Below, one piece after another: positions 47,463-57,002 of a DNA stretch of 64,000 bases (position 1 is its first letter; every line of letters begins with the position of its first letter). A model generated the notes under the pieces. The model had not been told where the DNA came from, did not search any database, and saw only the letters and a list, made by a program, of their open reading frames with translations. Location of the stretch: the NCBI GenBank assembly GCA_964420145.1, contig CAYQRB010000002.1, positions 4,056-68,055 on the forward strand, written 5' to 3'. A program made the translations under genes and the position numbers. Source of the DNA: an uncultured Candidatus Saccharibacteria bacterium (lineage in GTDB: Bacteria > Patescibacteriota > Dojkabacteria > B142 > OLB20).

Positions 47463-50033
47463 TTAGGATTCATTTTTTCCTACCTTTAGTTTTTCTATTT
47501 CTTCAGCCAGCATTTGCATATATAGAGTATATCCAATTTGCTTGATATTCCCGTGTTGCTGTTTACCTAAAAGGTTTCCTGCTCCTCGTATTTCGAGATC
47601 TCTAGAGGCAAGCTTAAAGCCTGCCCCGAACTCATTGATTTCTTTCATTGCCTGTAGTCTTCGTTTGTATTTCCTTCTTTCACGAAATTTCTTGATAGAA
47701 TCGGCATCAGTCGTCTGTAATTCAGGCATTATTTCTGTCTTGTCTATATCCTCCCCATCATAAAAAAAGTATGCAAACGCCTGTTTGTCACTTCTGCCCA
47801 CTCTTCCTCTGAGTTGATACATTTGGCCTAAGCCAAAGTTTTGTGCGTGTTCGATTATGATGGTGTTTACATTTGGCATATCTATACCATTTTCAATAAT
47901 CGTGGTACAGACAAGGATATCATATAATTTATCATAAAAGTCAGATACATTTTTCTTTAAAGTTTGTGGAAGCATTTGACCGTGTGCATATATTATCCTA
48001 GCTTTGGGTACAAGCCTTTTTAGTCTAGTGACTGTTGATTGAATAGTTTTGATTTTATTGTGTAGATAGTAAACCTGCCCTCCTCTAGCTAACTCATACT
48101 CTAGTGCCTCTTTAATTTTATCATTACTGATTTTAGTTACTATATTTTTCACAATTTTTCTGCCCTGGGGAGGTGTTTGTATTATAGAAATATCTTGTAT
48201 ACTAGAAAGTGCCATAGATAAACTTCTAGGGATTGGTGTCGCAGACATAGAAAGTACATGAACTCCGATTTCTAGTTGTTTTAGTTTCTCTTTTTGTTTA
48301 ACTCCAAATTTTTGCTCTTCATCAATTACTATAAGTCCTAGTTTTTTGAATTTAATATCACTAGAGAGCAGTCGATGTGTCCCTATTACTATGTCTATTT
48401 TGCCCTGTGCGATTTTTTCTATGGTATTTTTTTCACTACCCAAACTTATTCTAGAAAGTGAAGCAACTTTGATGTTAAACGGAGAGAACCTGTCTATAAA
48501 GACTTTTTCGTGTTGTGCGGTTAAAACGGTTGTCGGACAAAGTACGGCAACTTGATATCCGTTTTCTACCATTTTGTAGGTTGCTCTCATTGCTATCTCT
48601 GTTTTACCATAACCTACATCCCCAACGATTATCCTGTTCATTGGACTATTTTTCCCTAAGTCTTTGAGAATATCTTTTTCTGTCTGTTTTTGATCTGTGG
48701 TTATTTCATAGGGGAAAGTATCAACAAAATCTTGATACTTTCCTGGGCTTAGGGTATCTATTGAGATAGTTTTTGCTAATTCCCTTTTTGCATAAAGTGC
48801 AATCAGTTCTTTTGCCATCTCGTATATAGATTCTTTGGTTTTGTTACGGATATTCTCCCAATCTGTCTTCCCAAGTCTTGTAATTTCAGGCTCTTGTTCA
48901 TCAACACTAATATATTTAGTTAGTTTGTCTATTTGTGTAAGTGGAACATATAACTCATCATCTTCTGCATACCCAATTAAGACATAATCTTCCCGTATAA
49001 TCTTTTTTATCTTTTCCCCTACTCCTGTACGGATTTCTTGTGTATATTGCTCTTGTGTAATACCTTTATATATCCCTACTCCGTGTTCCTCGTGAACAAT
49101 AAAATCTCCGATTTCTATTTCTCCTTCAAGATTTGCCAGAATTTTTCTAGCTCTCTCAGATGAGAGTTTCTTTGCTTCTGCACCTAAGAAAATCGTTCCA
49201 AACAGTTCTTTATCTGAGAGAATTAGTAATTTCAATATATTTGACTGAAACCCAGAGTCAATATAGTCACTTTTGGATAAATATTTTTGTAAATTATCAG
49301 GAAGTAAATCCTTATTCCTTGAAAAGATTCTGACATAATAGCCACTCTTTTCTTTTTCGTTAATTTCATGAGATAAGATATCGAGGCGATTATAAAAAAG
49401 AGTCGGATATTCAAAGTCAAATGATACTAATGATTTACTTGGAAATGAATCCAAACTATCTCCACCAAAGATTAGAATTGTATTTTGCGGTTCCAAATGA
49501 GGATTGGAAATAAATATTTGCTCTAATTGGGATTTAAAATCCAATTTAGAAATATCTCCTAGTAGAAAAAATTGAACCTCTCCCATAGAATTGCCATAAA
49601 TTTCGTCGTAGAGTACGGCTGATTCTATAGTTTCTCCAAAAAACGAGACTCTCACTGGATGATCTAATCCAGGAGGCCAAAATCTTAAAACATCACCTTT
49701 TATAGTAAAATCACAAATATCTTCTACCCTATTAGTTTTTTGATAACCATACTCAATAATTGATCGTATTAGCGAGGTTGCCTTTGTTTCCTTAAACATA
49801 ACGAGTAAAAGGCTATCTAGATATTTTCTTAAATCAGGACTATCACGGCGGAGAGAAATTATCCCTTTATCTAGGTCTTTAGATAACATAACAAGTAAAT
49901 CTTCATAAAGGGATGGGGTAATTCCATCTATTTCAAGTATTGGTAAGTATTTATCACTAAGAGATTTATCAGTTAGCCTTGTTAATAAATCTAAATACGC
50001 AGGGTGTTTTTTGATATATTTGGAAAATACCAT
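47463..50033 (-). CDS. mfd: Transcription-repair coupling factor Mfd, N-terminally short form
   Basis: UvrB-homology D1b (GDVLRFWPPG...VRVSFFGETIESA), RID-like DFIVHEEHGVGIYKGI and the RecG-like translocase motifs (GDVGYGKTEIAMRA...DEEQKFGV). 856 aa against about 1100-1150 typical. Confidence 0.85.
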   Translation of the reverse strand: MVFSKYIKKHPAYLDLLTRLTDKSLSDKYLPILEIDGITPSLYEDLLVMLSKDLDKGIISLRRDSPDLRKYLDSLLLVMFKETKATSLIRSIIEYGYQKTNRVEDICDFTIKGDVLRFWPPGLDHPVRVSFFGETIESAVLYDEIYGNSMGEVQFFLLGDISKLDFKSQLEQIFISNPHLEPQNTILIFGGDSLDSFPSKSLVSFDFEYPTLFYNRLDILSHEINEKEKSGYYVRIFSRNKDLLPDNLQKYLSKSDYIDSGFQSNILKLLILSDKELFGTIFLGAEAKKLSSERARKILANLEGEIEIGDFIVHEEHGVGIYKGITQEQYTQEIRTGVGEKIKKIIREDYVLIGYAEDDELYVPLTQIDKLTKYISVDEQEPEITRLGKTDWENIRNKTKESIYEMAKELIALYAKRELAKTISIDTLSPGKYQDFVDTFPYEITTDQKQTEKDILKDLGKNSPMNRIIVGDVGYGKTEIAMRATYKMVENGYQVAVLCPTTVLTAQHEKVFIDRFSPFNIKVASLSRISLGSEKNTIEKIAQGKIDIVIGTHRLLSSDIKFKKLGLIVIDEEQKFGVKQKEKLKQLEIGVHVLSMSATPIPRSLSMALSSIQDISIIQTPPQGRKIVKNIVTKISNDKIKEALEYELARGGQVYYLHNKIKTIQSTVTRLKRLVPKARIIYAHGQMLPQTLKKNVSDFYDKLYDILVCTTIIENGIDMPNVNTIIIEHAQNFGLGQMYQLRGRVGRSDKQAFAYFFYDGEDIDKTEIMPELQTTDADSIKKFRERRKYKRRLQAMKEINEFGAGFKLASRDLEIRGAGNLLGKQQHGNIKQIGYTLYMQMLAEEIEKLKVGKNES

Positions 50034-50055
50034 ATTACGAATCTCTAACCTATAA

Positions 50056-51006
50056 TTATTTTGTACTTTCTACTCTTACCCATAACTCATCAAGTGATTT
50101 ATGTCGTATTTTCTGCTGGTAAAAAATTACTAGCCACATATAGAGTCTGAGTGGGTAAAGGGTAAGTGACCATATCATCTCCTTCATTGAAGTAGCGTAT
50201 TTAATAGGAAACCAGAAATAACCAAGTTCTTTCCAAAAATTTCTAACCTTCGTATCTTTTGTAATTACGCCATATTTCCATAATTGAACATATCCTCCCA
50301 CAGCTCTGAGTTTCTGTTTGTACCAGTCACGAAGATTTGTGGGGTATCCCACATAGACTTTAGCATCTGGAATATATTCTAGCTTCCCTCCTTTGACCAA
50401 TAATACATATGATAAATACGCATCATCTACCAAAGTATCTTCGGGGAGTTGAAGTTGGAAGTTACGCATAGCGAGAGCATACCCACTTAGAACAAAAAAA
50501 TTGTTTTTAGAGCCAATAAATACTTGTGATTTCCCCGTCTTAACGCCTTTTAATGTCGTTAGGCGCTTATGATGTGCAGCATCTGCCAAAAGGTGTGATA
50601 TATACCCAAAGAACTGATTTCGCTTATTAGTAGACACTGGCCTACCCGTCACTCCCATAACCTTTGAGTTGCGAAATGGAGCTGTTAAAAGTTTTAAATT
50701 ATTTTTTCCAAAATACACATCCCCATCTGTTAAAACCAAAACCTTCCCTTTAGCTTTTTTAAATGCTTGATTTAAGGCGGTAGGCTTCCCTTTGAAGGAG
50801 TCTATAAGCTGAGTCCATTTTATATTTGGATATTTAGATATTGTTTTTTTCGCCACCTTGTTGGTAGCTTTGTCAGGAATAACTGTAATTAACTGGAATG
50901 GTTGAGTATACCCAGAGTATACAGGATCACATATTGCTTCGATAGCTTTTTTTATTGTATTTTCTTCTCTATAAGCAGTGATGATTACTGAAAGCTCCAT
51001 TTTCAC
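50056..51006 (-). CDS. Family 2 glycosyltransferase
   Basis: LSVIITAYREENTIKKAIEAI (GT2 N-terminal motif) and a DGD (DxD-like) region. Confidence 0.7.
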   Translation of the reverse strand: MKMELSVIITAYREENTIKKAIEAICDPVYSGYTQPFQLITVIPDKATNKVAKKTISKYPNIKWTQLIDSFKGKPTALNQAFKKAKGKVLVLTDGDVYFGKNNLKLLTAPFRNSKVMGVTGRPVSTNKRNQFFGYISHLLADAAHHKRLTTLKGVKTGKSQVFIGSKNNFFVLSGYALAMRNFQLQLPEDTLVDDAYLSYVLLVKGGKLEYIPDAKVYVGYPTNLRDWYKQKLRAVGGYVQLWKYGVITKDTKVRNFWKELGYFWFPIKYATSMKEMIWSLTLYPLRLYMWLVIFYQQKIRHKSLDELWVRVESTK

Positions 51007-51056
51007 AAAAAGTTAATTGAGCAGATATTATACCGTTAAAGGGTGGAAATAGGTAA

Positions 51057-51440
51057 TTATTTGATGAGCGGTAATTGTTGTGTTTTTTTTGATTTTATCT
51101 TAAGGGTCTTTCTTCTTTTGTTTGAAGGCATTTTTATCCCTTTTTTACTACATAACTCATGTAATTTCCACATATAGAGTCTTCCTTTGTTTACATCTTG
51201 TGTTGGATAATCAAGTGTGAAAGTTAATGCCTGTTCCATAAGACTTCTGGGTAAGTCTTTGGCTAATTTTATATAAAGAGCTTTATGTTTGGGATCATGA
51301 AGTTGATGAGAAATTCTAACACCATAGTCTTGAAATTCTTCCTTTAGGTATTTTGAGTTTTGCGTCATCCGCTCTACAAAATCATATTTAGTAAGTATTG
51401 TAGAAGCCTTAGAAAACTCCCTATTCTTGTGATTTGTCAT
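51057..51440 (-). CDS. Hypothetical basic protein (last gene of the mpl operon)
   Basis: 127 aa with a K/R-rich C-terminal tail. Begins 3 nt after mpl. Confidence 0.35.
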   Translation of the reverse strand: MTNHKNREFSKASTILTKYDFVERMTQNSKYLKEEFQDYGVRISHQLHDPKHKALYIKLAKDLPRSLMEQALTFTLDYPTQDVNKGRLYMWKLHELCSKKGIKMPSNKRRKTLKIKSKKTQQLPLIK

Positions 51441-51442
51441 AG

Positions 51443-52891
51443 TTAGGTGATAGAAAAATATTTAACTAGGTTATCTATCATACCTCGGAATCCGTGACTA
51501 CCCATAAATATTATTATTTTATGTTTGTCAGGACCTAGTTCGATATATTTAACCAGAAGCTTTAGTAGTACATCATCATCAGGGACTATGGTTATATTGG
51601 AGTAATACTGTTTTAACCTATCCGAAAGTTCTTGTTCGTTAAATCTATACAACTCTGTTTTAGGTAGTCTAGTGAATCGAGGGAAAATAATCTCATTAAC
51701 ATCTTCAAAGGCATTTTCGTATGTTGCTAAAGAAGCCTCTGTTCTGTTTCCTGTGTTTGGCTCAAATATTACATATATCTCGCTATCTGGATAATCTCCT
51801 TTTAGTGCCTTTATACTTCCTCTTGCTTTGGGAGGAGAGCTTCCGAAATCATCTATTATGATGAAGTTTCGGTTTTGATACTTAATCTCAAGTCGTCTTT
51901 TTATTCCTTTGAACTCAGCAATTGCTTCTTGTATTCTTTCCTTTTTTATACCAAATTCATAGGCCAGAGCAGTAGAGGCAAGAAGATTTTCCTCGTTAAA
52001 CTCACCGATTATTTTCCGTTCATAAGGGATAATCTCAAGATCTGCAACATCTCTATCAAGCTTTATGAAAGTAGGTAGCGGTTTAGAAGTATTTTCTAAA
52101 TACCAATGTGGTTGTATATAGGCTTTATCTTTGTTTGCGGAATAATAAATAACCCGACAATCTATATTTTGAGTGATTTCTACTACGGTTTTATCATTGG
52201 CGTTGGCGATTATAATTCCACTTTGCGGGATCATATCAATAAGTTTTTCAAAATTTGCTATATACTCTGCTTGTGTAGGAAATAAATCAGGATGTTCCCA
52301 TTGGCAAGAATTTATGACTAGATATTTGGGGTTATAATAGAAAAACTTTGAAGTTCTATCGTCTAGGGAGGTTAGGTACTCATCGCCTTCTACAATTGAG
52401 TATTTGGTGTTTTGAGTTTTGGCTTTTGTTGTTTCTTTCATTTCTGGAGAAACTCCTCCATACATATAGCTTATTTCTATTTTGGCTTTTTCAAACATAG
52501 ATACCAGTGCTGCAGTTATTGTAGTTTTGCCGTATGTACCAGTAACCACTATCGATTCGTTTGTTATCACATATTCTGATAATACAGACGGATAAGATTT
52601 GATGGGAATACCTAAACGAAAGGCTTCTTGATATTCAAGGTTCTTTTCACCTTTGAGACCTTGTACAATGACAAGATCGGGATGGTTGCCATCTTCATCT
52701 GTGAGGCGTTCTGCTTTATAACCGATTGCTATCTGGATATCATATTTCTCAAGATATGTACTAATAGGAGGAAAAAATCCTTTATCACTACCTGTTATTT
52801 TAACACCATTGTATTTAAACATAACGGCCAATCCAGAAGTTACAACTCCGCATATTCCTATAAAATGAACCCATTCAGGTAGTTTTTTCAT
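51443..52891 (-). CDS. mpl: UDP-N-acetylmuramate:L-alanyl-gamma-D-glutamyl-meso-diaminopimelate ligase (Mpl; MurC paralog)
   Basis: HFIGICGVVTSGLAVMF..GVKITGSDKGFFPPISTYLEKYDIQIAIGY, TGTYGKTTITA and VEGDEYLTSLDDRTSKFFYYNPKYLVINSCQWEHPDLF align block-for-block with E. coli Mpl (GSDxxxYPPMST..., ADEYDCAFFDKRSKF...). Confidence 0.8.
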   Translation of the reverse strand: MKKLPEWVHFIGICGVVTSGLAVMFKYNGVKITGSDKGFFPPISTYLEKYDIQIAIGYKAERLTDEDGNHPDLVIVQGLKGEKNLEYQEAFRLGIPIKSYPSVLSEYVITNESIVVTGTYGKTTITAALVSMFEKAKIEISYMYGGVSPEMKETTKAKTQNTKYSIVEGDEYLTSLDDRTSKFFYYNPKYLVINSCQWEHPDLFPTQAEYIANFEKLIDMIPQSGIIIANANDKTVVEITQNIDCRVIYYSANKDKAYIQPHWYLENTSKPLPTFIKLDRDVADLEIIPYERKIIGEFNEENLLASTALAYEFGIKKERIQEAIAEFKGIKRRLEIKYQNRNFIIIDDFGSSPPKARGSIKALKGDYPDSEIYVIFEPNTGNRTEASLATYENAFEDVNEIIFPRFTRLPKTELYRFNEQELSDRLKQYYSNITIVPDDDVLLKLLVKYIELGPDKHKIIIFMGSHGFRGMIDNLVKYFSIT

Positions 52892-53666
52892 TTGTAATAT
52901 AACTAAGGCTTATATTTTTTAATCTTCGTACACCATTATCTTCTAGTTGATTCATATAGCCTTCATATGCCCAGTTTCTTCCATCTTTAATCTCAGTCCA
53001 TACTTGTTTATCTAGTGTTGCGCTACTATCAGAAATTATGATTTTACCAAATCGTAGTCCGTTTTCTTCGTTATATCCTTTGATCGAGTGGATATACTCG
53101 ATTTCACTAACATTATTATCTATCACAGTTACTTCTGAAACTATCATAAGATGATGTGAATTTTTTCGAAGTCCCTTGCTACGAATAAAATCTCCCGGTC
53201 TTATCTCATTGATATTGTTTATTGGTCTCGTATTATCACTATTAGTAAGAGTGTTTGCTCCAATCTGCTCCACAGGTCTTAGTGCTCGTTTTAGTTTTTG
53301 TAACAAACTGTTATTTTTGAATTTAAGATAAGTTATGAGTGGATTTTTTCCTTCCTGTTTAAGCCAAAAGTTGTACACATGAGAAACAAGGCCAGAGCAG
53401 TCTATACCTATATGGTTGTCAATCATAAATTGACGAATTTCATCAGCAGATAATTTAGAGAGATCTATTCCTTTGAGTTGGGCGTGAACTTTGACTTCTC
53501 TGGAAATTTCACCAGGATCGCCTTTTCCGACCAAAACCCTTAATCCCGCTCTTTGTGTCTTTGGATTAATAAAATATGGACAAATAATTTGCTTCCCTCC
53601 AAGTGGTAGATGAGAGTACTCTTCTATTACTTTTTTAGCACTTTCTGGCAGAGTGTATGTTACCAT
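52875..53666 (-). CDS. NlpC/P60-like papain-fold hydrolase (putative Cys/His)
   Basis: IGIDCSGLVSHVY (the DCSG catalytic Cys context) followed about 75 aa later by KNSHHLMIVSEV. Weak but consistent. Confidence 0.5.
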   Translation of the reverse strand: MVTYTLPESAKKVIEEYSHLPLGGKQIICPYFINPKTQRAGLRVLVGKGDPGEISREVKVHAQLKGIDLSKLSADEIRQFMIDNHIGIDCSGLVSHVYNFWLKQEGKNPLITYLKFKNNSLLQKLKRALRPVEQIGANTLTNSDNTRPINNINEIRPGDFIRSKGLRKNSHHLMIVSEVTVIDNNVSEIEYIHSIKGYNEENGLRFGKIIISDSSATLDKQVWTEIKDGRNWAYEGYMNQLEDNGVRRLKNISLSYITNEKTT

Positions 53667-53667
53667 T

Positions 53668-55113
53668 TTACAATTGATGATATTTAATTGCGTTTAATGC
53701 TTCAATAATCCAGGGTGATATCTCTCCAGAATTATCTATGGCACTCTGGTTTAGTTGGATTCTTGTAATCTCTTCACCCTTTTTTACAATTCTTCCTGCT
53801 ATAGGAGTTAAAACTAATATTCCTTGCTTATCCATAAAATCAATACTTACAGCATATTTTTGAAACAAAAGAGATTTATCCCGATCCTCATCAAGGAAGA
53901 TTGTTGTGGATTCTACTTCGTCCGTGTAGCGATTGATTGCCGCATTATCTCCTTGAAGTCTGTAGACACCCATATTAACTTGATGATTTATCACAATATC
54001 ATTTTCTGCTCGTATAAACACCTGTGAATAGTTATCTGGTTCTATATTTCTATTATTATATTCAGCAGGTTTGTGATAAATATCCAAATTAAAAAACTCC
54101 AGCAAATGCAATGCAGAAAGTGGAATCTCGCCTTTTAATAACTGTATCTTTGTATACATAGGTACTGATGCTGTTTGTCTTGCATTTATCTCAATAATAA
54201 CGCAGTCTCCATTTTCTCTTACAATAAAATCAACTCCAAACATCCCTTTGAAGCCTTTCTTATACATAAGATTTCCGATAATCTCAATTTTTTTCAATAT
54301 ATTTTCATAGCTACTGATATTAGCTCTAATAGACCAATCATTGCCAATTGTTGCTCCTTTGGTGGCTCCAAGACCTTTGTCGCCAGTCAGCTGGAGACTG
54401 AGACCACCGACAAAAATACCGGCTTTAGTAGCACAAGCATTTATGGTATAGATTTTACCCTCCACAAAGCTCGCAAACTTTACTGTTTTTTGTGAATTTT
54501 CTACTTGGAGTTTATCAAACTCTTCTTCGGTTTCTATAATATGCGTACCTGAGCCAGTATGTCCCCTAGCAAATTGAACAACAAACTTTTCTCCTAGTTT
54601 TTGTACCACTTGTAGAAAAGTTACCTGGTCAAACCGACTAATCAAGCTGTGGGGAAATGGTACATATTGTGCAAATTCTTGATACTGTGTCAGCTTCTCC
54701 TCAAACAAACGACTAGTGGAGACATCATTGTTTATAGTATTTAACTTTTGAGATTGTATGTTTTTCACAAACGCTGATGATACTTTGAATGTTTGAGCAA
54801 AATTGGTTTCTTTTTTATATTTTCCTAAATAATCAAGTACGGATTGTTCTTTTAGGAGAACTCTAGCTCCCCCTGAAAATGTATTGATTGAACCATTTTC
54901 ATCTTCAAGACAGAAATAATGTACTCCTGTATCATCAAAATGTTTGAGGTACTGAGTTTTTAGAATATGAACAATGTGATAGTTGGGCAAAACACCACAT
55001 AAACCCATTGCTCTTTCTGGGTCTCGTACAAAATAATATAAGTTTTTTTCGGTTAGAAACTCTTTTAATAAATCGATGGTATTTTGTAGTTCACTTCCCA
55101 TTTTTATATACAT
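53668..55113 (-). CDS. ATP-grasp ligase with an extra N-terminal domain
   Basis: Glycine-rich loop KFVVQFARGHTGSGTHII and C-terminal GMFGVDFIVRENGDCVIIEINAR (ATP-grasp Mg/ATP site). 481 aa. Confidence 0.65.
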   Translation of the reverse strand: MYIKMGSELQNTIDLLKEFLTEKNLYYFVRDPERAMGLCGVLPNYHIVHILKTQYLKHFDDTGVHYFCLEDENGSINTFSGGARVLLKEQSVLDYLGKYKKETNFAQTFKVSSAFVKNIQSQKLNTINNDVSTSRLFEEKLTQYQEFAQYVPFPHSLISRFDQVTFLQVVQKLGEKFVVQFARGHTGSGTHIIETEEEFDKLQVENSQKTVKFASFVEGKIYTINACATKAGIFVGGLSLQLTGDKGLGATKGATIGNDWSIRANISSYENILKKIEIIGNLMYKKGFKGMFGVDFIVRENGDCVIIEINARQTASVPMYTKIQLLKGEIPLSALHLLEFFNLDIYHKPAEYNNRNIEPDNYSQVFIRAENDIVINHQVNMGVYRLQGDNAAINRYTDEVESTTIFLDEDRDKSLLFQKYAVSIDFMDKQGILVLTPIAGRIVKKGEEITRIQLNQSAIDNSGEISPWIIEALNAIKYHQL

Positions 55114-55606
55114 ATATTTTATTGTTCTCAGATTTTAATGGCTTTCTATCTTTAAATTGAAAAGTGTTAGTTATTATAATTGTATTTTCTGGCATTTCTT
55201 TCGCAATTTTATGTGAAAGTTGATTCATAACTTTTGGATAAAGATATAGGAATACCCCATCATATCCTTTATAACTAATTTTTAAAAAATCATTTCTAAT
55301 TATATGAAGTTGTTTGTATCCACCCAGAAGTTTTTTAAGATATATTATAAAGACTAAGATAGGGTTAAACTCAACTGCTGTTACTTCATAACCAGCCTTT
55401 GCTAAAGCTATTGCGATCCTTCCATCTCCAGCTCCAAGCTCTAGGATGTGTTGTACTTTATACTTTTCTAATACATCCAACATAGTTTGCATACTTTTCT
55501 TAGAGGTTGGATAATACGGTGCGCTTATTTTAAAGGCTTTAAACCAATAAAAAAAATAGAGGGTATAAATAATAGTAATAAACAGTAGAAAAAGAAGTTC
55601 TATCAT
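55091..55606 (-). CDS. Class I SAM-dependent methyltransferase with an N-terminal TM helix
   Basis: Motif I ILELGAGDGRIAIALAKAGYEVTAVE. Overlaps both neighbouring genes. Confidence 0.7.
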   Translation of the reverse strand: MIELLFLLFITIIYTLYFFYWFKAFKISAPYYPTSKKSMQTMLDVLEKYKVQHILELGAGDGRIAIALAKAGYEVTAVEFNPILVFIIYLKKLLGGYKQLHIIRNDFLKISYKGYDGVFLYLYPKVMNQLSHKIAKEMPENTIIITNTFQFKDRKPLKSENNKIYVYKNGK

Positions 55607-56517
55607 AATCCACTAAATAATAAGATTGGATTTGTAAAACTATACCCTGCTTGTAAAGCTTTTTGAAGTCCTGAATAAGCAAGTATGGAGTTATAACTAT
55701 ACTCTCCGATATCATAAGAGCTTATTTTAGATTTTGCTTCTATCAGTTCAGTGTCAGAAATTACCCATCCAGAACCGTGGCTTTGATTTATAACCTCTAC
55801 TATCTTTCTTTTTCTATGTGCTACTTTATCAGTAATTGCATCTGCCAAACTAGAGTTTAAGGATTGAAAACTGGAATCAAAAACCTTTGCTATTGAGTAA
55901 ACTTTTTCAGTCTGGCAAATATGTATTTGTACTGGTATGTTTAACTCTGAAAAACCTGAGGCTATGCCCAGTGCACTTGTTCCACTACTAGTGGGGATAA
56001 AGATTGCATCAGTATGTTGACTACTTTTGATAATTTCATATGCGATACTTTTGTATCCTTGTGGTGCGTATTCATCAGTAGAACCTCTCAAACTAGTAAA
56101 ATCGGGATTATTGCTTAAAAACTTTATAAGATCTGATCTAGGTTTAGGGCTTTTTGATAATGTGATATTTTGAGTTCCTTTTATAATGTCGTTTATACGA
56201 TTTAGTTTTTCTTGGTGAATAGAGTCACTTACAAAAACACATAGCTTTAGTTTGTATAGTTTGGCAATAAAGGATGCAGAGATTGCAGCATTACCTGAAG
56301 ACGAAATTGCAAATTTTGTTTTACCATCTTGTAGATGCCTCGCAATTTGGTAAGATAACCCCCTATCTTTAAATGATCCAGTTGGGTTACGAGTTTCGTC
56401 TTTGATAATCGCAGTATAATTATCATTAGAAATTGTGTGAGTAGGTGTATTTCCCTGTCCAAAGTTGATCTGGTATTCCTTTCTAATCTCAGGATAGTTA
56501 TGCCAAAATGTGTTCAT
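55603..56517 (-). CDS. Fold-type II PLP-dependent enzyme (threonine synthase-like)
   Basis: PLP-lysine motif NPTGSFKDRG and a glycine-rich phosphate loop (SSGNAAIS). 304 aa. Confidence 0.7.
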   Translation of the reverse strand: MNTFWHNYPEIRKEYQINFGQGNTPTHTISNDNYTAIIKDETRNPTGSFKDRGLSYQIARHLQDGKTKFAISSSGNAAISASFIAKLYKLKLCVFVSDSIHQEKLNRINDIIKGTQNITLSKSPKPRSDLIKFLSNNPDFTSLRGSTDEYAPQGYKSIAYEIIKSSQHTDAIFIPTSSGTSALGIASGFSELNIPVQIHICQTEKVYSIAKVFDSSFQSLNSSLADAITDKVAHRKRKIVEVINQSHGSGWVISDTELIEAKSKISSYDIGEYSYNSILAYSGLQKALQAGYSFTNPILLFSGL

Positions 56518-56604
56518 AAGAAATTTTGTTACAAGGTAGTATAATTATCGTTAGATTATCTACTATAATAGAGTAGATTAATTTTAATTATTAGACAATT
56601 ATTT

Positions 56605-56793
56605 ATGGATTTAAATATTATAACTCAAGGTCAATCATATACATGTGCGGAGTGTAAAAACAACTCTAAACTTGATGAAAATCTATCGGTTGGTGATGTT
56701 GTAGAGTGTGAGTTTTGTGGAATTGAATATGAAATTGCTTCTAGTGATGGCAATGGAAATTTTACCTTAACACTATTAGAAGAAGAAAAGTAA
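56605..56793 (+). CDS. LysW-like zinc-ribbon small protein (amino-group carrier protein family resemblance)
   Basis: YTCAECKNNSKLDENLSVGDVVECEFCGIEYEIA...LLEEEK, compared with LysW CPECGAELRLENPELGELVVCEDCGAELEV...EEDWGE. Has CxxC..CxxC and an acidic C-terminus, but ends in K rather than E. Confidence 0.45.
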   Translation: MDLNIITQGQSYTCAECKNNSKLDENLSVGDVVECEFCGIEYEIASSDGNGNFTLTLLEEEK

Positions 56794-56815
56794 AGTAAAT
56801 GTTGTTTTTAAATAA

Positions 56816-56845
56816 AAGAGTCCATTATCTTGGGCTTTTTTATTT
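56816..56845 (+). terminator. Possible intrinsic terminator after the LysW-like gene
   Basis: AAGAGTCC-(8-nt loop)-GGGCTTTT: an 8-bp stem with two G·U pairs, followed by a T-run. Confidence 0.3.
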
Positions 56846-56899
56846 GCTATTACACAAGAACTTTTTGTATCATATATGTAACATCCCCAGAAGTTTCCT

Positions 56900-56971
56900 G
56901 CTAGGGTAGCTCAATGGTAGAGCAATGGTATCGTAAACCATAGGTTGAGAGTTCGAGTCTCTCCTCTAGCT
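56900..56971 (+). tRNA. tRNA-Thr (anticodon CGU), CCA not encoded
   Basis: GCTAGGG-TA-GCTC-AATGGTA-GAGC-A-ATGGT-ATCGTAA-ACCAT-AGGTT-GAGAG-TTCGAGT-CTCTC-CTCTAGC-T. Confidence 0.85.
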
Positions 56972-57002
56972 GTCTTAAGTTATAATTTTAACAATTTGTA
57001 AG

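Noticed and set aside
51443-55113. Cyanophycin synthetase-like split (ATP-grasp plus Mur-ligase domains) for the ATP-grasp/Mpl pair
   Set aside because: The Mur ligase has the MurC/Mpl-specific N-terminal UDP-binding domain and aligns block-for-block with Mpl. CphA's Mur-like half lacks that domain. Annotated as Mpl instead.
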